IMG/VR virus record: IMGVR_UViG_3300021446_000194
Source: an uncultured virus (IMG/VR IMGVR_UViG_3300021446_000194)
Taxonomy: Varidnaviria; Helvetiavirae; Dividoviricota; Laserviricetes; Halopanivirales
Direction: 5' to 3' (one strand)
DNA: 59,021 bases
Shown here in pieces: positions 9,324 through 19,075 of this stretch (within the stretch, counting starts at the first letter, position 1; each line of letters opens with the position of its first letter). The notes below the pieces were generated by a model, which saw only the letters and a list, made by a program, of their open reading frames with translations, did no database searches and was not told the DNA's origin. A program made the translations under genes and the position numbers.

Positions 9324-10001
9324 TTACTCACCTCCACTAAGCACGAAGTACGCAAGACTCGCACTCCCTCCAGCAACAGCGAGTTTTTCCGTCTGGTCGA
9401 GAGAGGCCCAGAACTCACGGATCGAGCCCTCCTCGTCGCCGTTTTCTTCGTCGTCTTCGTCGTCACCATCGTCGTCGTCCTTCTCGTCGTCATCCCCGCC
9501 GCCGTCGTCACCACTACTGTTGTCGTCGCCTCCGTCTTCGTTGCGGTCTTCCGCTGGTAGAACGTCGACGGCCCTCTGCTTACTGCCGAGGGGCTTCTCG
9601 CTTTCTGCACCACGGACACTGACCGTGATGGGGAGCGTCCCGCTCTGTTCAATCGGGCCAACTGACAGGATAAACGTGTCTACACCCGCTCCACCACGCA
9701 CGCACCGGGTTGCTTGTGCGGTCGTTGAGCCCGTCGATGCTTCCACAGTCAGTGAGTACCCACCAACAGCGACTGATGTGATACAATGATCCGGGTCCGT
9801 AGGAAGGATAACCGCAGCATTGTTCTTCACATCAACCTCGATCTCGACTATGTCACCGACGCGAACGAAGTCCGGCAGGGAAGTAGTTTTGATACTAACG
9901 AGATCTTTCTTGGATGCTTCTGTATCAAAGCGTGACTCGGTTGGGTCACGCCCGTTGAACTGCTGATCTTTCCCACGCTGTCGCATTCTGTCCCGAGCCA
10001 T
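9324..10001 (-). CDS. Ig-like domain protein with Asp-rich linker and C-terminal membrane anchor
   Basis: LPDFVRVGDIVEIEVDVKN pattern, poly-D/G linker, hydrophobic C-terminus. Confidence 0.65.
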   Translation of the reverse strand: MARDRMRQRGKDQQFNGRDPTESRFDTEASKKDLVSIKTTSLPDFVRVGDIVEIEVDVKNNAAVILPTDPDHCITSVAVGGYSLTVEASTGSTTAQATRCVRGGAGVDTFILSVGPIEQSGTLPITVSVRGAESEKPLGSKQRAVDVLPAEDRNEDGGDDNSSGDDGGGDDDEKDDDDGDDEDDEENGDEEGSIREFWASLDQTEKLAVAGGSASLAYFVLSGGE

Positions 10002-10034
10002 ACGCTTTAGTGGCGGTCGAAGAAATGTAAACGT

Positions 10035-11138
10035 ATGCCTGCACCACTAAGCAGAGACCTTCAGCGGGTGATCGAAGGTCGGAACCCGAAAAAAGTCGAT
10101 GTGCTGATCGAAGCCCTACCCGGACGAGCCTCGCAAATCCGTAGGTACCTGCAAAGCGAGAATGTGCAGTACGCTGAGGCGACGGTGGGCAACAAAACAG
10201 TTTTCGAGGCTACAATCTCGACGGACCGCCTTGACGCAATCCAACGGCAGGAGTCGGTAGGCCTCATTGACCACTCCCCGACTTTCTCAACCCTCGGGGC
10301 TGCTGCCCCAACCAACCCGGGGAGGGAAGCGAATCAGCTAGGTCAGGAAATAAACCGGACGACCCTCTATCAGACAACGAAAGAGATGGGGGTCGAGGAA
10401 GCGTGGGAAGAGATCGGGAGCCGCGGGGAAGGTGCAAAGATCGGTATTGTAGACACACCGGTCGATCAGACCCATGACGCAATTGAATCCTCCATTGCAG
10501 ATGTCGGGGGGCCAGACGAACCGGAAGATCATGGGACGTGGGTCGCCGGTGCAGCCGTCGCAGACGACACAGTTACCGACCGCGGACGGGTCCGTGGCGT
10601 TGCGCCTGAAGCAGACCTGTATCATTACGGCGCGCTCGCAGGGGGGAAGGCATCCACCCTGTCGATTCTCAAAGGCGTCAACTTCTGCATCGAGAACGAC
10701 TGCGACGTGATTAATCTCTCGCTGGGCGGGCCTCACTCAGACGTTCTCCAACGAGCCGTCACCGAAGCGACGAAGCAAGGGGCCCTCGTAGTTAGCTCCG
10801 CAGGCAACTCCGGCCCGGCCTCAAACACCATCTCCTGTCCGGCGCACCACGATGAACCGCTGGCCGTCGGTGCAGAAGAGATCGACGGGTCCGTGGCTGC
10901 ATTTTCTTCCCGGGGCCCCGGATTCAGGGATACTACACAGAAGCCGGAGGTAATGGCCTACGGAGGCGGAGCAAACGTAGGCGACATCAACCTGACCATC
11001 ACCGAAGTCGTCCTCGGTCCAGCCAGAAACAACGGATACCGCTACCTGTTGGGTACCTCGATGGCATCACCCCAGGTTGCGGGGATTGCAGCACTCCGAG
11101 CGGCCGCTGATAAAGACGGAGACACGGGAGACCAATGA
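10035..11138 (+). CDS. Subtilisin-like S8 serine protease with prodomain; lacks the final C-terminal segment
   Basis: IGIVDT (Asp), DHGTWVAG (His), SAGNSG (oxyanion Asn), GTSMASPQVAG (Ser). Confidence 0.95.
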   Translation: MPAPLSRDLQRVIEGRNPKKVDVLIEALPGRASQIRRYLQSENVQYAEATVGNKTVFEATISTDRLDAIQRQESVGLIDHSPTFSTLGAAAPTNPGREANQLGQEINRTTLYQTTKEMGVEEAWEEIGSRGEGAKIGIVDTPVDQTHDAIESSIADVGGPDEPEDHGTWVAGAAVADDTVTDRGRVRGVAPEADLYHYGALAGGKASTLSILKGVNFCIENDCDVINLSLGGPHSDVLQRAVTEATKQGALVVSSAGNSGPASNTISCPAHHDEPLAVGAEEIDGSVAAFSSRGPGFRDTTQKPEVMAYGGGANVGDINLTITEVVLGPARNNGYRYLLGTSMASPQVAGIAALRAAADKDGDTGDQ

Positions 11139-11419
11139 CACTGGATAACGTCGAGGAAGTGAAGTCGGACATCGTCAACACGACCAACGGCATCCCTGGA
11201 GCCGACACCATCGTAACCGGAAAGCGGGTGAGTGCAGCGAGCAACCTCACTCGCGGCTACGGACGAGTCAACGCTGCGCGGGCTGTCTCCGGGGCCGAAA
11301 CAACCACAGCAGACGCCGGGCTGGTCCTGTCCAGCGGGGTAGGGCTCGCATCCTTCGGCTTCCTGCTGGCCTCAGACAGACCCATCGACTCAATTCTCGG
11401 GGTCGGTAAGCAAAGGTGA
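11135..11419 (+). CDS. Detached C-terminal segment of the subtilisin plus membrane anchor
   Basis: VEEVKSDIVNT helix and GYGRVNAARAV, the typical S8 C-terminal motif; ATGA overlap with the protease gene. Confidence 0.75.
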   Translation: MTLDNVEEVKSDIVNTTNGIPGADTIVTGKRVSAASNLTRGYGRVNAARAVSGAETTTADAGLVLSSGVGLASFGFLLASDRPIDSILGVGKQR

Positions 11420-11537
11420 AAGCGGTTTTGCGACGACGAAAGTAACGCCGTGGAGTCGGTGAAAAAGATGCTGTAGACGGTGATTAACTGGCTAAAGCTG
11501 CACAAACCATTTCACGTAGCGTTCTGTATTAGGTAGT

Positions 11538-12071
11538 ATGGCGGAAGCCAAATGCATCAACGACGACTGTGACAAAGAAGAAACGTGGACACTCAGGAAG
11601 CCCGTGCCAGAGTACAGCGGCGGGGTAACCTGCCCCGAGTGCGGGTCAACCCGCACAGAGATTCACGGTGAAGAGACGGCCAACATCACCGAGGTACAGA
11701 CGGCCAACGTCCAGCAGGCACAGACACCCGCGCAGAGGGGCGGTGAAGGCCGGATGTCTGGGGCTGAAGCGACGCTCGCTCTCTTGGACGGGGACCTGGA
11801 CAGGCGCAAGCGAGCTGAAGGGGCAAGCAAGGTGCTTTCCTTCGGTCAAAACCTCCTCCAGACGGCAGCCGAGTACGCGGAACAAAAGGACGAGGCAAAA
11901 AGGCAGCAGGCACAGCGGGCGAGCGTCGAAGCTGAGACCAACTACCCGGACTGTCCCGAGTGTGGGTTCACGTTGACCGAGGACGAGATCCCCCTGGGCG
12001 AAGAAAAGGTCCGCTGTCCCGAGTGTAAGGCCGTACTCCGTGTTAACCTTCCTGAGCAACAGGAACCGTAG
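11538..12071 (+). CDS. Zinc-ribbon protein
   Basis: CxxxxC, CPECG, CPECG and CPECK. Confidence 0.8.
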   Translation: MAEAKCINDDCDKEETWTLRKPVPEYSGGVTCPECGSTRTEIHGEETANITEVQTANVQQAQTPAQRGGEGRMSGAEATLALLDGDLDRRKRAEGASKVLSFGQNLLQTAAEYAEQKDEAKRQQAQRASVEAETNYPDCPECGFTLTEDEIPLGEEKVRCPECKAVLRVNLPEQQEP

Positions 12072-12498
12072 TCGGACCGAGGCGAGATAGCTCGACCCAA
12101 CTGGGGTCGTCCAACACTTCACCCTTATCAACCCGCAAGCTTTTCTCCGTCTCGTGAGCCAACTCTGGCGATCCGAAATACACACCCTCGCAGTCCTCGC
12201 CGTAGCAAGGGTCGCCGTTTTGGGTGTCAAAGTCCACTCCAAGAAGAGCAGTAGCGCCAAACTTTGACGCCCAATACCGTAGGTGCTCCACCTCTTCCTT
12301 CGTGAAGTATACTCTTCGCTCCCCCGGACATTTCAACTCCCCGGCGATCTGCACTTCTCCAAGGCCTGCGAAAACATCAGGACTCTCACGGTCAGTCCCT
12401 CCACCGGACGCTGGCGCTCGAAGGACAGCCCACCCCTCCGAGTCGAGTTTGTTCGCAACTTTCCGCTCCGACCGATTTCCCTTTTTGTTACTCGGCAT
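12043..12498 (-). CDS. hjc: Archaeal-type Holliday junction resolvase
   Basis: KGNRSERKVA..L...GWAVLRAPASG...PDVFAG...GELK, a PD-(D/E)xK Hjc signature. Confidence 0.9.
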   Translation of the reverse strand: MPSNKKGNRSERKVANKLDSEGWAVLRAPASGGGTDRESPDVFAGLGEVQIAGELKCPGERRVYFTKEEVEHLRYWASKFGATALLGVDFDTQNGDPCYGEDCEGVYFGSPELAHETEKSLRVDKGEVLDDPSWVELSRLGPTTVPVAQEG

Positions 12499-12593
12499 AG
12501 TATTGTGCAGGCAGCCTCTCGGCCGACTATATTAGACGGACTAACGTCATGTGTTGGGTAAAGCTTTTCGCAACGGGGACAAATAGACCGGAT

Positions 12594-13088
12594 ATGACCA
12601 AACGGAAGGTTGTTACTCACAAGAGTAGAGACCACACGTACAAGTCAATGTACGACGGCGAGGTCTACCAAAGCACAGTCACCGAGCAATCGCTCGAAGT
12701 TCACTTACTCCGCGGCGTCTGCGACGGGTGTATCGACGAAGATCAAGACCAACCCTGCGTGTTCCAAGCACAACACCGAATCATGCGCGGGCAAGGCGTC
12801 GAAGACTACTGTGGCTACCACGGTCCGGAAAAACCCCACGAACGGTTCTCAGGCCCACGCGAAGACGGCCACACCATCATCGACTTCGATACAGAGTGCG
12901 GGAAGACTGTGAAGAAAGACGAAAGCGAACTTGATGAAGAGGAAGCGGAGGATGTCCAACACGGTCACTGGCCCTGTGGCGATCAGGGGTTCATTATGAT
13001 CGTCCGCGAGGACGAGGACCCGCGTGTATACTGTCGTACGCACTCTAGAGAAGCATGGACGGACATCCTCAGAAGAAACGAAAAGTGA
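12594..13088 (+). CDS. Cys/His-rich zinc-binding protein
   Basis: Two C...C...YCxxH units. Confidence 0.7.
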   Translation: MTKRKVVTHKSRDHTYKSMYDGEVYQSTVTEQSLEVHLLRGVCDGCIDEDQDQPCVFQAQHRIMRGQGVEDYCGYHGPEKPHERFSGPREDGHTIIDFDTECGKTVKKDESELDEEEAEDVQHGHWPCGDQGFIMIVREDEDPRVYCRTHSREAWTDILRRNEK

Positions 13089-13261
13089 CGGGGTCTCAAG
13101 CGGTATTAGGACCTCCCTAATAGAACCTCGGTTACCAAAGATTATAAGCGATATCCAGTAGGATGTCTCTAACAGACGAGTGGGTTCGCTCGAAGAAAGG
13201 GGACGCCTGAACACCCCTTTCTACCGCCCGAACCCACTTAAAACCACCGCAGTACGAGCCA

Positions 13262-13546
13262 ATGAACCCGGACACATCTGATGAATCCAACGAAGCCGAC
13301 CGTCGTAGCGTAGTAACCCAACAATTTCGTGTGAACGACGCCGTTGTTAGTGGCTGTCCTCTCTGTGAAGCAGAGGTTAATGTATGGATACCCTTCTCAA
13401 CAGAGTATTACCCAGAGGGGGATAATCGAGACTACCTCGGCCTGAAACGCGCTCTTTCTGATGAGCACGGACTGTCAGTCTCGGTTACGGAAGTGAAGAA
13501 CCACATCGACGGCCACGTCGGATTTAGTTTTGGGGTGCAGCAATGA
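13262..13546 (+). CDS. Small zinc-finger protein
   Basis: CPLC and HxxxH; ATGA overlap with the next gene; CTTAAAA upstream. Confidence 0.7.
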   Translation: MNPDTSDESNEADRRSVVTQQFRVNDAVVSGCPLCEAEVNVWIPFSTEYYPEGDNRDYLGLKRALSDEHGLSVSVTEVKNHIDGHVGFSFGVQQ

Positions 13547-16338
13547 GCATCTTTGACAAGATCGGCTCTCTTACCGAACGGCTACTTGATCGGGTCGGAC
13601 GAGATTACGGTAACTGTCTCAGTTGCGGAAAGCCGACACGGTCACACAGTGTCGGTGGGGGGGTCGAATGTCACGCCTGCCACACCTCCGACGAGGGGGT
13701 TCTCGTAACCGACGGAGGAGAGAACTTCACCCAGATCGCCGACGATCCCGATGCAACACGGCAAATTCGCGCATTGGCTGACATCCCCGAGTTTATGGGG
13801 ACCGACTTGGAGGACTACGATCTTTTCGAGGGCGACGTAGCCGACGTGCCCGAGATGAACGCCGAGGTGCTGATCCATCAGGGCCTTGCCGAGATCGTAG
13901 AAGACGACGACGATGATGAAGAACTGGGCGATCTCGGACTCGAACAGTTCATGGGTAGCGGACCGGGTGAGGGCGAAACGAATCCAGACCCGCATCCGAC
14001 GAACACCATGAGCCACCAGGGCAATGTGTCCCGTCAGAAGAGCCTGATACCGACTGGACAGCTCAACGCTCAGACCCACACTGAGCGAAGGGTGAACGCC
14101 CGGGAGTACGGACGCAACCCGCCGAGTACCGATGAAGTTCGTGACCGGCTTGAAGACGCGATAATGCGGGTCATGCGCGAGGAAGACAAACGTGTAGTCG
14201 AGTCGCCAACAAGCTCGGGGAAGACCCACACCGTCGCCGGCACGAGGTGGGGGGCCAGAGAGGAAATCACCGGTGGGAACCAAGTCGTTCAACTGATGCC
14301 GACCCGAGACGCGAGAGACGATGCAGCCAATACGGCAGAAGAGTACGGTGGTGACCACCTCCTTCTCTACTCCCGGGACGAGTTATGCCCGGTTGTCGCT
14401 GGTGAAGAAGACCCCGAGGAAGACGAGGACGGCAACATGGAGGGTGGGATCGTCATGGACGGCATACCGGCCTCAGAGTGGATTGAACACGTCTGTAACG
14501 ACAAAGGTGTCCACTTCTCCGTTGCCCACGACTACCTCAACAAGCACAATGACCGAGGCCTTGATCTACCCTGTACCCACGACGGCGACTGCCCCGCGAT
14601 CAAGCAGCACGAGAAACGCCGCGAGGGGGACCACCCGCTAATCATCGCTACGCACAACTTCGCCCACGTCCCAGGGCTACGCCACGGTCGGCACGTCGTG
14701 ATGGACGAGGAACCGGACTTTAGCGTCGATCTCGACACCGACCGTATCCGCCGGGCTGCCAACGCTTTTCTTACCGAAGTCGGGGCTCCGGTCCGGTCGT
14801 GGGAGTCGTTCCTCCGTTTGGCCGACTACGACGGCTTCGGCGACGACGCCTTCCGCGAGGCCGAGGAGACTGAGAAGGCAATACGCAAGACCCCGGATTA
14901 CGAGTGGTTCATCGAGGACGAAGACGCCCATACGATGATCCCCGCGATACTGCGGGCGGTTTGGACAGCCGAGGAACAGCCCAGCGGGCGTATCCGCGGG
15001 AAGACCTACCACGAGCCGCCGCGGCTGGACGCTCACGCAAACCCCGACGATGAGATGTGGAACCGCGAGTGGGTCACTGTCGTGCTCGATCAGCAGAACG
15101 AGGTGCGGAACGTCCGCTCGGTGCCGGACTTTAACTCCTGCAAGTCGCTGGTAGGGCTGGACGCTCACCCGTCAATGCCGCTCTGGCAGGTGAATACGTG
15201 GCCGGACATGCAGAAGCTCCGTATCCTCGACCCGGAAGAACGCCGCCTCTGGCGCGAGCACGAGCGAGGGCTCCGTATCGTGCAAGTCGGCGATGCTACC
15301 CGCCCACTCGGGAAGTCGAATTACTACGACAGCCGGGGGATCACCTGCCTGATGGAGCACCTCCGCGACGAGTACGGCGAGAAGTTCCGTACCGCTATCA
15401 CCACCAAGACGGTGAAGAATATGCTTCGGCAGGACATGGAGATCGCCGGTGTCGAAAGGCCCGAGTTGATGCACTTCGGGAACACGAAGTCGAAGAACGA
15501 CTTTGCCGGCGAAGAAGTCGGGTTGGTCAACGGGTGCCAGGACCCCGGAGACGGGTACGTGCTTGACCTTCTCGCGGAAGTCGGTGCCGACGCCATGCCC
15601 GAGAAGGCAGATGTGTGCTGTGAGAAGTGTGGTGACCGTGAGGAAGCCCCAGAAGAACCGGGTCCGGGCTGTCCGGCCTGTGCCGGCACGGGTATGGCTC
15701 GACAGCACGGTCGCGGGTTCACCGGCGAGGACGCCGAGACCGCTGAGGCGATCCTCAACAGCGTCCGGCAGGCCGAGACGGCGCAGGCGGCTGGCCGCTG
15801 GGCTCGTCGCGCCGATCACTCCGACGATCACGCGACCGTCTTCGTCAGAACGGACGTACTGCCCTCGCACATGGTCGACGTGGTCGTTCCGGGCGTCGTC
15901 TGGACGTTCACGGACAAGCAGCGGGAGGTGGTCGACTCCCTCCGCGAAAGCGTTGAACCGAAGCGTGCACTGAAGGTCGCCGAGGAAGCCGGTGTCTCGA
16001 AGGAGTCAGTACGCCGGACGTTCAACCGGCTCGCTCCGGACGACCCCGACGACACACCTGATGGGGTTGGTTCCCGGGGGTACATCCACGCCTTTGAGAA
16101 GGCTGGGAAACACGGTGCAACGCTGTACGCGGACAACGGAATGCCGAACAACGGTGTTGCTGACATCTCGCTGGAGGAGGAAACCGCCACGAGTCACGTT
16201 TGGGATAACTATACGTGGTCCGTGGCGATCCGCGACCCACACGACCCGCCACAGCATGTCGACAGCACCGTCGAGACTCCACAGCAGGGGGAGTCGCTGG
16301 ACGAGTGGAGTGATGCGGCGACAGAACCAGGCGGGTAA
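13543..16338 (+). CDS. Replication protein: Zn ribbon, GINS B-domain, SF2-like helicase core, C-terminal wHTH (reminiscent of haloarchaeal RepH-type proteins)
   Basis: Walker A SPTSSGKT, Walker B VVMDEEP, motif VI QAAGRWAR, HTH ALKVAEEAGVSKESVRRTF; GINS-B pattern IRALADIPEFMGTDLEDYDL.EGDV..VP..NAEVLI..GLAE. Confidence 0.75.
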   Translation: MSIFDKIGSLTERLLDRVGRDYGNCLSCGKPTRSHSVGGGVECHACHTSDEGVLVTDGGENFTQIADDPDATRQIRALADIPEFMGTDLEDYDLFEGDVADVPEMNAEVLIHQGLAEIVEDDDDDEELGDLGLEQFMGSGPGEGETNPDPHPTNTMSHQGNVSRQKSLIPTGQLNAQTHTERRVNAREYGRNPPSTDEVRDRLEDAIMRVMREEDKRVVESPTSSGKTHTVAGTRWGAREEITGGNQVVQLMPTRDARDDAANTAEEYGGDHLLLYSRDELCPVVAGEEDPEEDEDGNMEGGIVMDGIPASEWIEHVCNDKGVHFSVAHDYLNKHNDRGLDLPCTHDGDCPAIKQHEKRREGDHPLIIATHNFAHVPGLRHGRHVVMDEEPDFSVDLDTDRIRRAANAFLTEVGAPVRSWESFLRLADYDGFGDDAFREAEETEKAIRKTPDYEWFIEDEDAHTMIPAILRAVWTAEEQPSGRIRGKTYHEPPRLDAHANPDDEMWNREWVTVVLDQQNEVRNVRSVPDFNSCKSLVGLDAHPSMPLWQVNTWPDMQKLRILDPEERRLWREHERGLRIVQVGDATRPLGKSNYYDSRGITCLMEHLRDEYGEKFRTAITTKTVKNMLRQDMEIAGVERPELMHFGNTKSKNDFAGEEVGLVNGCQDPGDGYVLDLLAEVGADAMPEKADVCCEKCGDREEAPEEPGPGCPACAGTGMARQHGRGFTGEDAETAEAILNSVRQAETAQAAGRWARRADHSDDHATVFVRTDVLPSHMVDVVVPGVVWTFTDKQREVVDSLRESVEPKRALKVAEEAGVSKESVRRTFNRLAPDDPDDTPDGVGSRGYIHAFEKAGKHGATLYADNGMPNNGVADISLEEETATSHVWDNYTWSVAIRDPHDPPQHVDSTVETPQQGESLDEWSDAATEPGG

Positions 16339-16590
16339 CCCCGGTCGACACCGATAGTCGCCCGCCTCTGTTCAGCCGCGAGGCCAGCAACAGCCAAACC
16401 CAGTCTCACTCTCACGAACGGTTACTACCCTCCCCTCGGGTCAGCGGGAACCACCCTGCACTTACGCAGCCCTCACAGAAAGTGCCAAAGTACCCCCATT
16501 TCCTCTATCTACGCGAGTGTCCACAAGTGAGGGTTCGTGAGACCCGGCTGGAGGACAGCCTTAAAGTTGTAGCTACCCGAACCGGATTGT

Positions 16591-18312
16591 ATGCCGTCGC
16601 TACCAGATGAGAAGAAGCGAGCAATCCGTGATATTCGGGAGTACGGATTCTCTAAGGTCAAGACCGCTGACGCGCTGGGAGTCAGTCAGGGGAGCGTCGC
16701 CAAGTACGAACCAGACGACGTGGATGGGTACGACGAGAGCCTCGAACCCGACGCCGACGCGGCGATTGATGCACTCTCGGAAGACCTCGTCCCGGCAAAC
16801 GTGCTGGACCCCGAGTGGGTCCCGGACGACGTAGACCCGGCCACCGGAGAGAGCTTCACTGGGGACCACCCGAAGCAGACCCCGCTGGCGGACAACTCCA
16901 CCCGAAAGCTCCGGGTGCAGGACGACTACACGAACGTCACGCCCGGTGACTTTCTCCGTAAGTTCTTCGAGGAGTTCGAGGTCGGTGTCCGCGAGAGCTT
17001 CGTTCGGATGCAGTCCCGGCGAGCGGAACGGCGTGGGCAGCTCCCTGACGAAGAAAAAATGCGCTCCGACCTGAACGAGATGTCATCGGGGATCTCGAAC
17101 GACACGGAGACGCGGTATATCGCCGAGGAGTACTGGGCTGAGGCTCAGCAGTACCTTAGCGAGACCGACATCGAGGTCAACTCCCGCAGCCCCCAGCAGA
17201 ACCAGAGCGGTGGCGGGGAGGGAGACTTCGTCGGCGTCGGGGAGAACGAACAGCAGGACGGGATGTGGATGCAGATGCCCGACGGGACCTACCAGTACGG
17301 TACCTACCAGCAGGCCCCGAACGGAGCGCAGATGTTCCAGCCTATGCAGCCGCCCGCGGGCGCGTCTCCTCCGGGGCAGCAGCAGATGGGGAGGCAGATG
17401 CAGGGGCAACCTCGACAACCTCAGCAGTCCCAGCAGCAGGGTGTCCCCGACCCCCAGATCGAGGAGATCCGAAGCGAACTGCGGGACCTCCGGCGAGAGG
17501 CCCAGAGCGAGAGTGGGTCCAGTCTGAAAGACCAAGTCGAGGAGTTCGCCGAGCTACAGAGCACCATCGAGTCGCTTTCAGGCGAGGAGCAAGGTGCTGC
17601 GAACGATGAAGCTATCTCCGTGCTTCGGAACGAACTTCGAGGGCTCCGGAGTGAGATACAGAGCGACGCCGGGCAGGCGGGCCCCAGTTCGTCAAAGGAG
17701 GCGGCCATGCAGAAGGCGCTTCAGTCGGATGATGTTGACGCCAACTCCCTGCTGGAGATAGCTCAGCAAATGGACGACGACAAGGACCCAGAAGTCCGCA
17801 AGAAGGAGTTGGAACTTCAGCAGGAAAAGCAGCGGATGGAGATGAAGCGAGATCGGACTGAGAACCTACTCTCGGGGGCTGAGAAGATGGTCGAACGCCT
17901 GGGTACAGGTATCGGCGAAGCTCTCTCCGCCGGTGGCGAGGGTAAGCAGCAGGGACAGCAGCAGAACGGGAGCGGTGGCGCGAGGAAGATGGGCGGCGGC
18001 GCGCAGCAGGGCGCGACGCAGGCGGACCAAGCCCCATCGAACGCTCGCGCCAACGGTAGCGGGGGGAACAACCCGATCCAGACGATGGACTGTGGCAACT
18101 GCGGTGAAGAGACCACGGTAGATACGCGAACTCCTGGCTATGAGTGCGAGGAGTGTCAGCACGCCGTCGAGCCCTGCCCTGAGTGTCACTCGCCGATTGA
18201 CATCCCACCCCTCGATGAAGTTGATACGGAAGCCGGAGAGGGTCCTCCGACGGTTGGGTGCAGCGAGTGTGGTGAAGTGCTTGAGATCGCCCCGGCAGAA
18301 CCAACCGCATAA
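16591..18312 (+). CDS. HTH, Gln-rich, coiled-coil and Zn-ribbon protein
   Basis: SKVKTADALGVSQGSVAKY helix-turn-helix; Q/P-rich middle; heptads; four CxxC motifs at the C-terminus. Confidence 0.8.
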   Translation: MPSLPDEKKRAIRDIREYGFSKVKTADALGVSQGSVAKYEPDDVDGYDESLEPDADAAIDALSEDLVPANVLDPEWVPDDVDPATGESFTGDHPKQTPLADNSTRKLRVQDDYTNVTPGDFLRKFFEEFEVGVRESFVRMQSRRAERRGQLPDEEKMRSDLNEMSSGISNDTETRYIAEEYWAEAQQYLSETDIEVNSRSPQQNQSGGGEGDFVGVGENEQQDGMWMQMPDGTYQYGTYQQAPNGAQMFQPMQPPAGASPPGQQQMGRQMQGQPRQPQQSQQQGVPDPQIEEIRSELRDLRREAQSESGSSLKDQVEEFAELQSTIESLSGEEQGAANDEAISVLRNELRGLRSEIQSDAGQAGPSSSKEAAMQKALQSDDVDANSLLEIAQQMDDDKDPEVRKKELELQQEKQRMEMKRDRTENLLSGAEKMVERLGTGIGEALSAGGEGKQQGQQQNGSGGARKMGGGAQQGATQADQAPSNARANGSGGNNPIQTMDCGNCGEETTVDTRTPGYECEECQHAVEPCPECHSPIDIPPLDEVDTEAGEGPPTVGCSECGEVLEIAPAEPTA

Positions 18313-18314
18313 CC

Positions 18315-18776
18315 ATGTCAGGTCATAGCGGGAAGGAAGCCGAATCCGGGTGGCAAGACCGGATCAGCCAGATCACCAGGATGCTGAAGTTCGGCGGAAA
18401 AGCGGTCGCCGGGCCGATGGTCAGGAAGTTCATCCGTAACCGTGTCGTGGCAATTCTCTCGGAAAAGGAACCTCAGATCCTCCAGAACTACATCCTGACG
18501 GACTATCCTCTCGTGGAGAACAATACTCCACAGAAGGTCAGAAACGCTCTGGGAAACATCGGCCCGCAGTTCGAGGAGGAGATCCAGCAGTTAGTAACGC
18601 CTGAGAACGTTCTCGACTGGTTAGAGTACCCCGAGGAATGGCTCGACGTATCGCAAAACCCACAGCAGGCGCAGGACCTTCGGGAATGCCACCAGATCAT
18701 TAAGAATACACCCGGGGGAGTGGAGTGGCTGGAAGATCAATGCCTCGCCGTCTGGCAGATAGCTGGCGTTCTCTGA
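18315..18776 (+). CDS. Hypothetical helical protein
   Basis: Tightly coupled to the upstream ORF. Confidence 0.75.
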   Translation: MSGHSGKEAESGWQDRISQITRMLKFGGKAVAGPMVRKFIRNRVVAILSEKEPQILQNYILTDYPLVENNTPQKVRNALGNIGPQFEEEIQQLVTPENVLDWLEYPEEWLDVSQNPQQAQDLRECHQIIKNTPGGVEWLEDQCLAVWQIAGVL

Positions 18777-18819
18777 ACCAGCGACACGTTTACGTTTTCG
18801 GCGGGTTCAATCACCCTAC

Positions 18820-19062
18820 ATGGCAGTCCTCGGCTTACAGCAAGACAAACGCGGGGGCGGGTACACAATACCGACCGAAACCGCGACGACGGCATTCGGA
18901 TTGATTAGCGGGATTGGTGGAGGGCTCGCCCAGATACTTGTATCGCGCAGTCTTTCGCAACGCAGTAGTGACCGGATTACACTCCGAGACCTGGCAGTCC
19001 CATTAGGGCTGTCGATCTTGGGGACTGTGGCAGCGGCCACACTGGTCCCCGGCGGCGACTGA
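18820..19062 (+). CDS. Small two-helix membrane protein
   Basis: Two hydrophobic segments. Confidence 0.7.
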   Translation: MAVLGLQQDKRGGGYTIPTETATTAFGLISGIGGGLAQILVSRSLSQRSSDRITLRDLAVPLGLSILGTVAAATLVPGGD

Positions 19063-19075
19063 CCTACACATAGCC

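Noticed and set aside
16339..16590. Replication origin downstream of the Rep gene
   Set aside because: Non-coding with a small palindrome (GGGTAACCC) but no iterons or AT-rich unwinding element I can support
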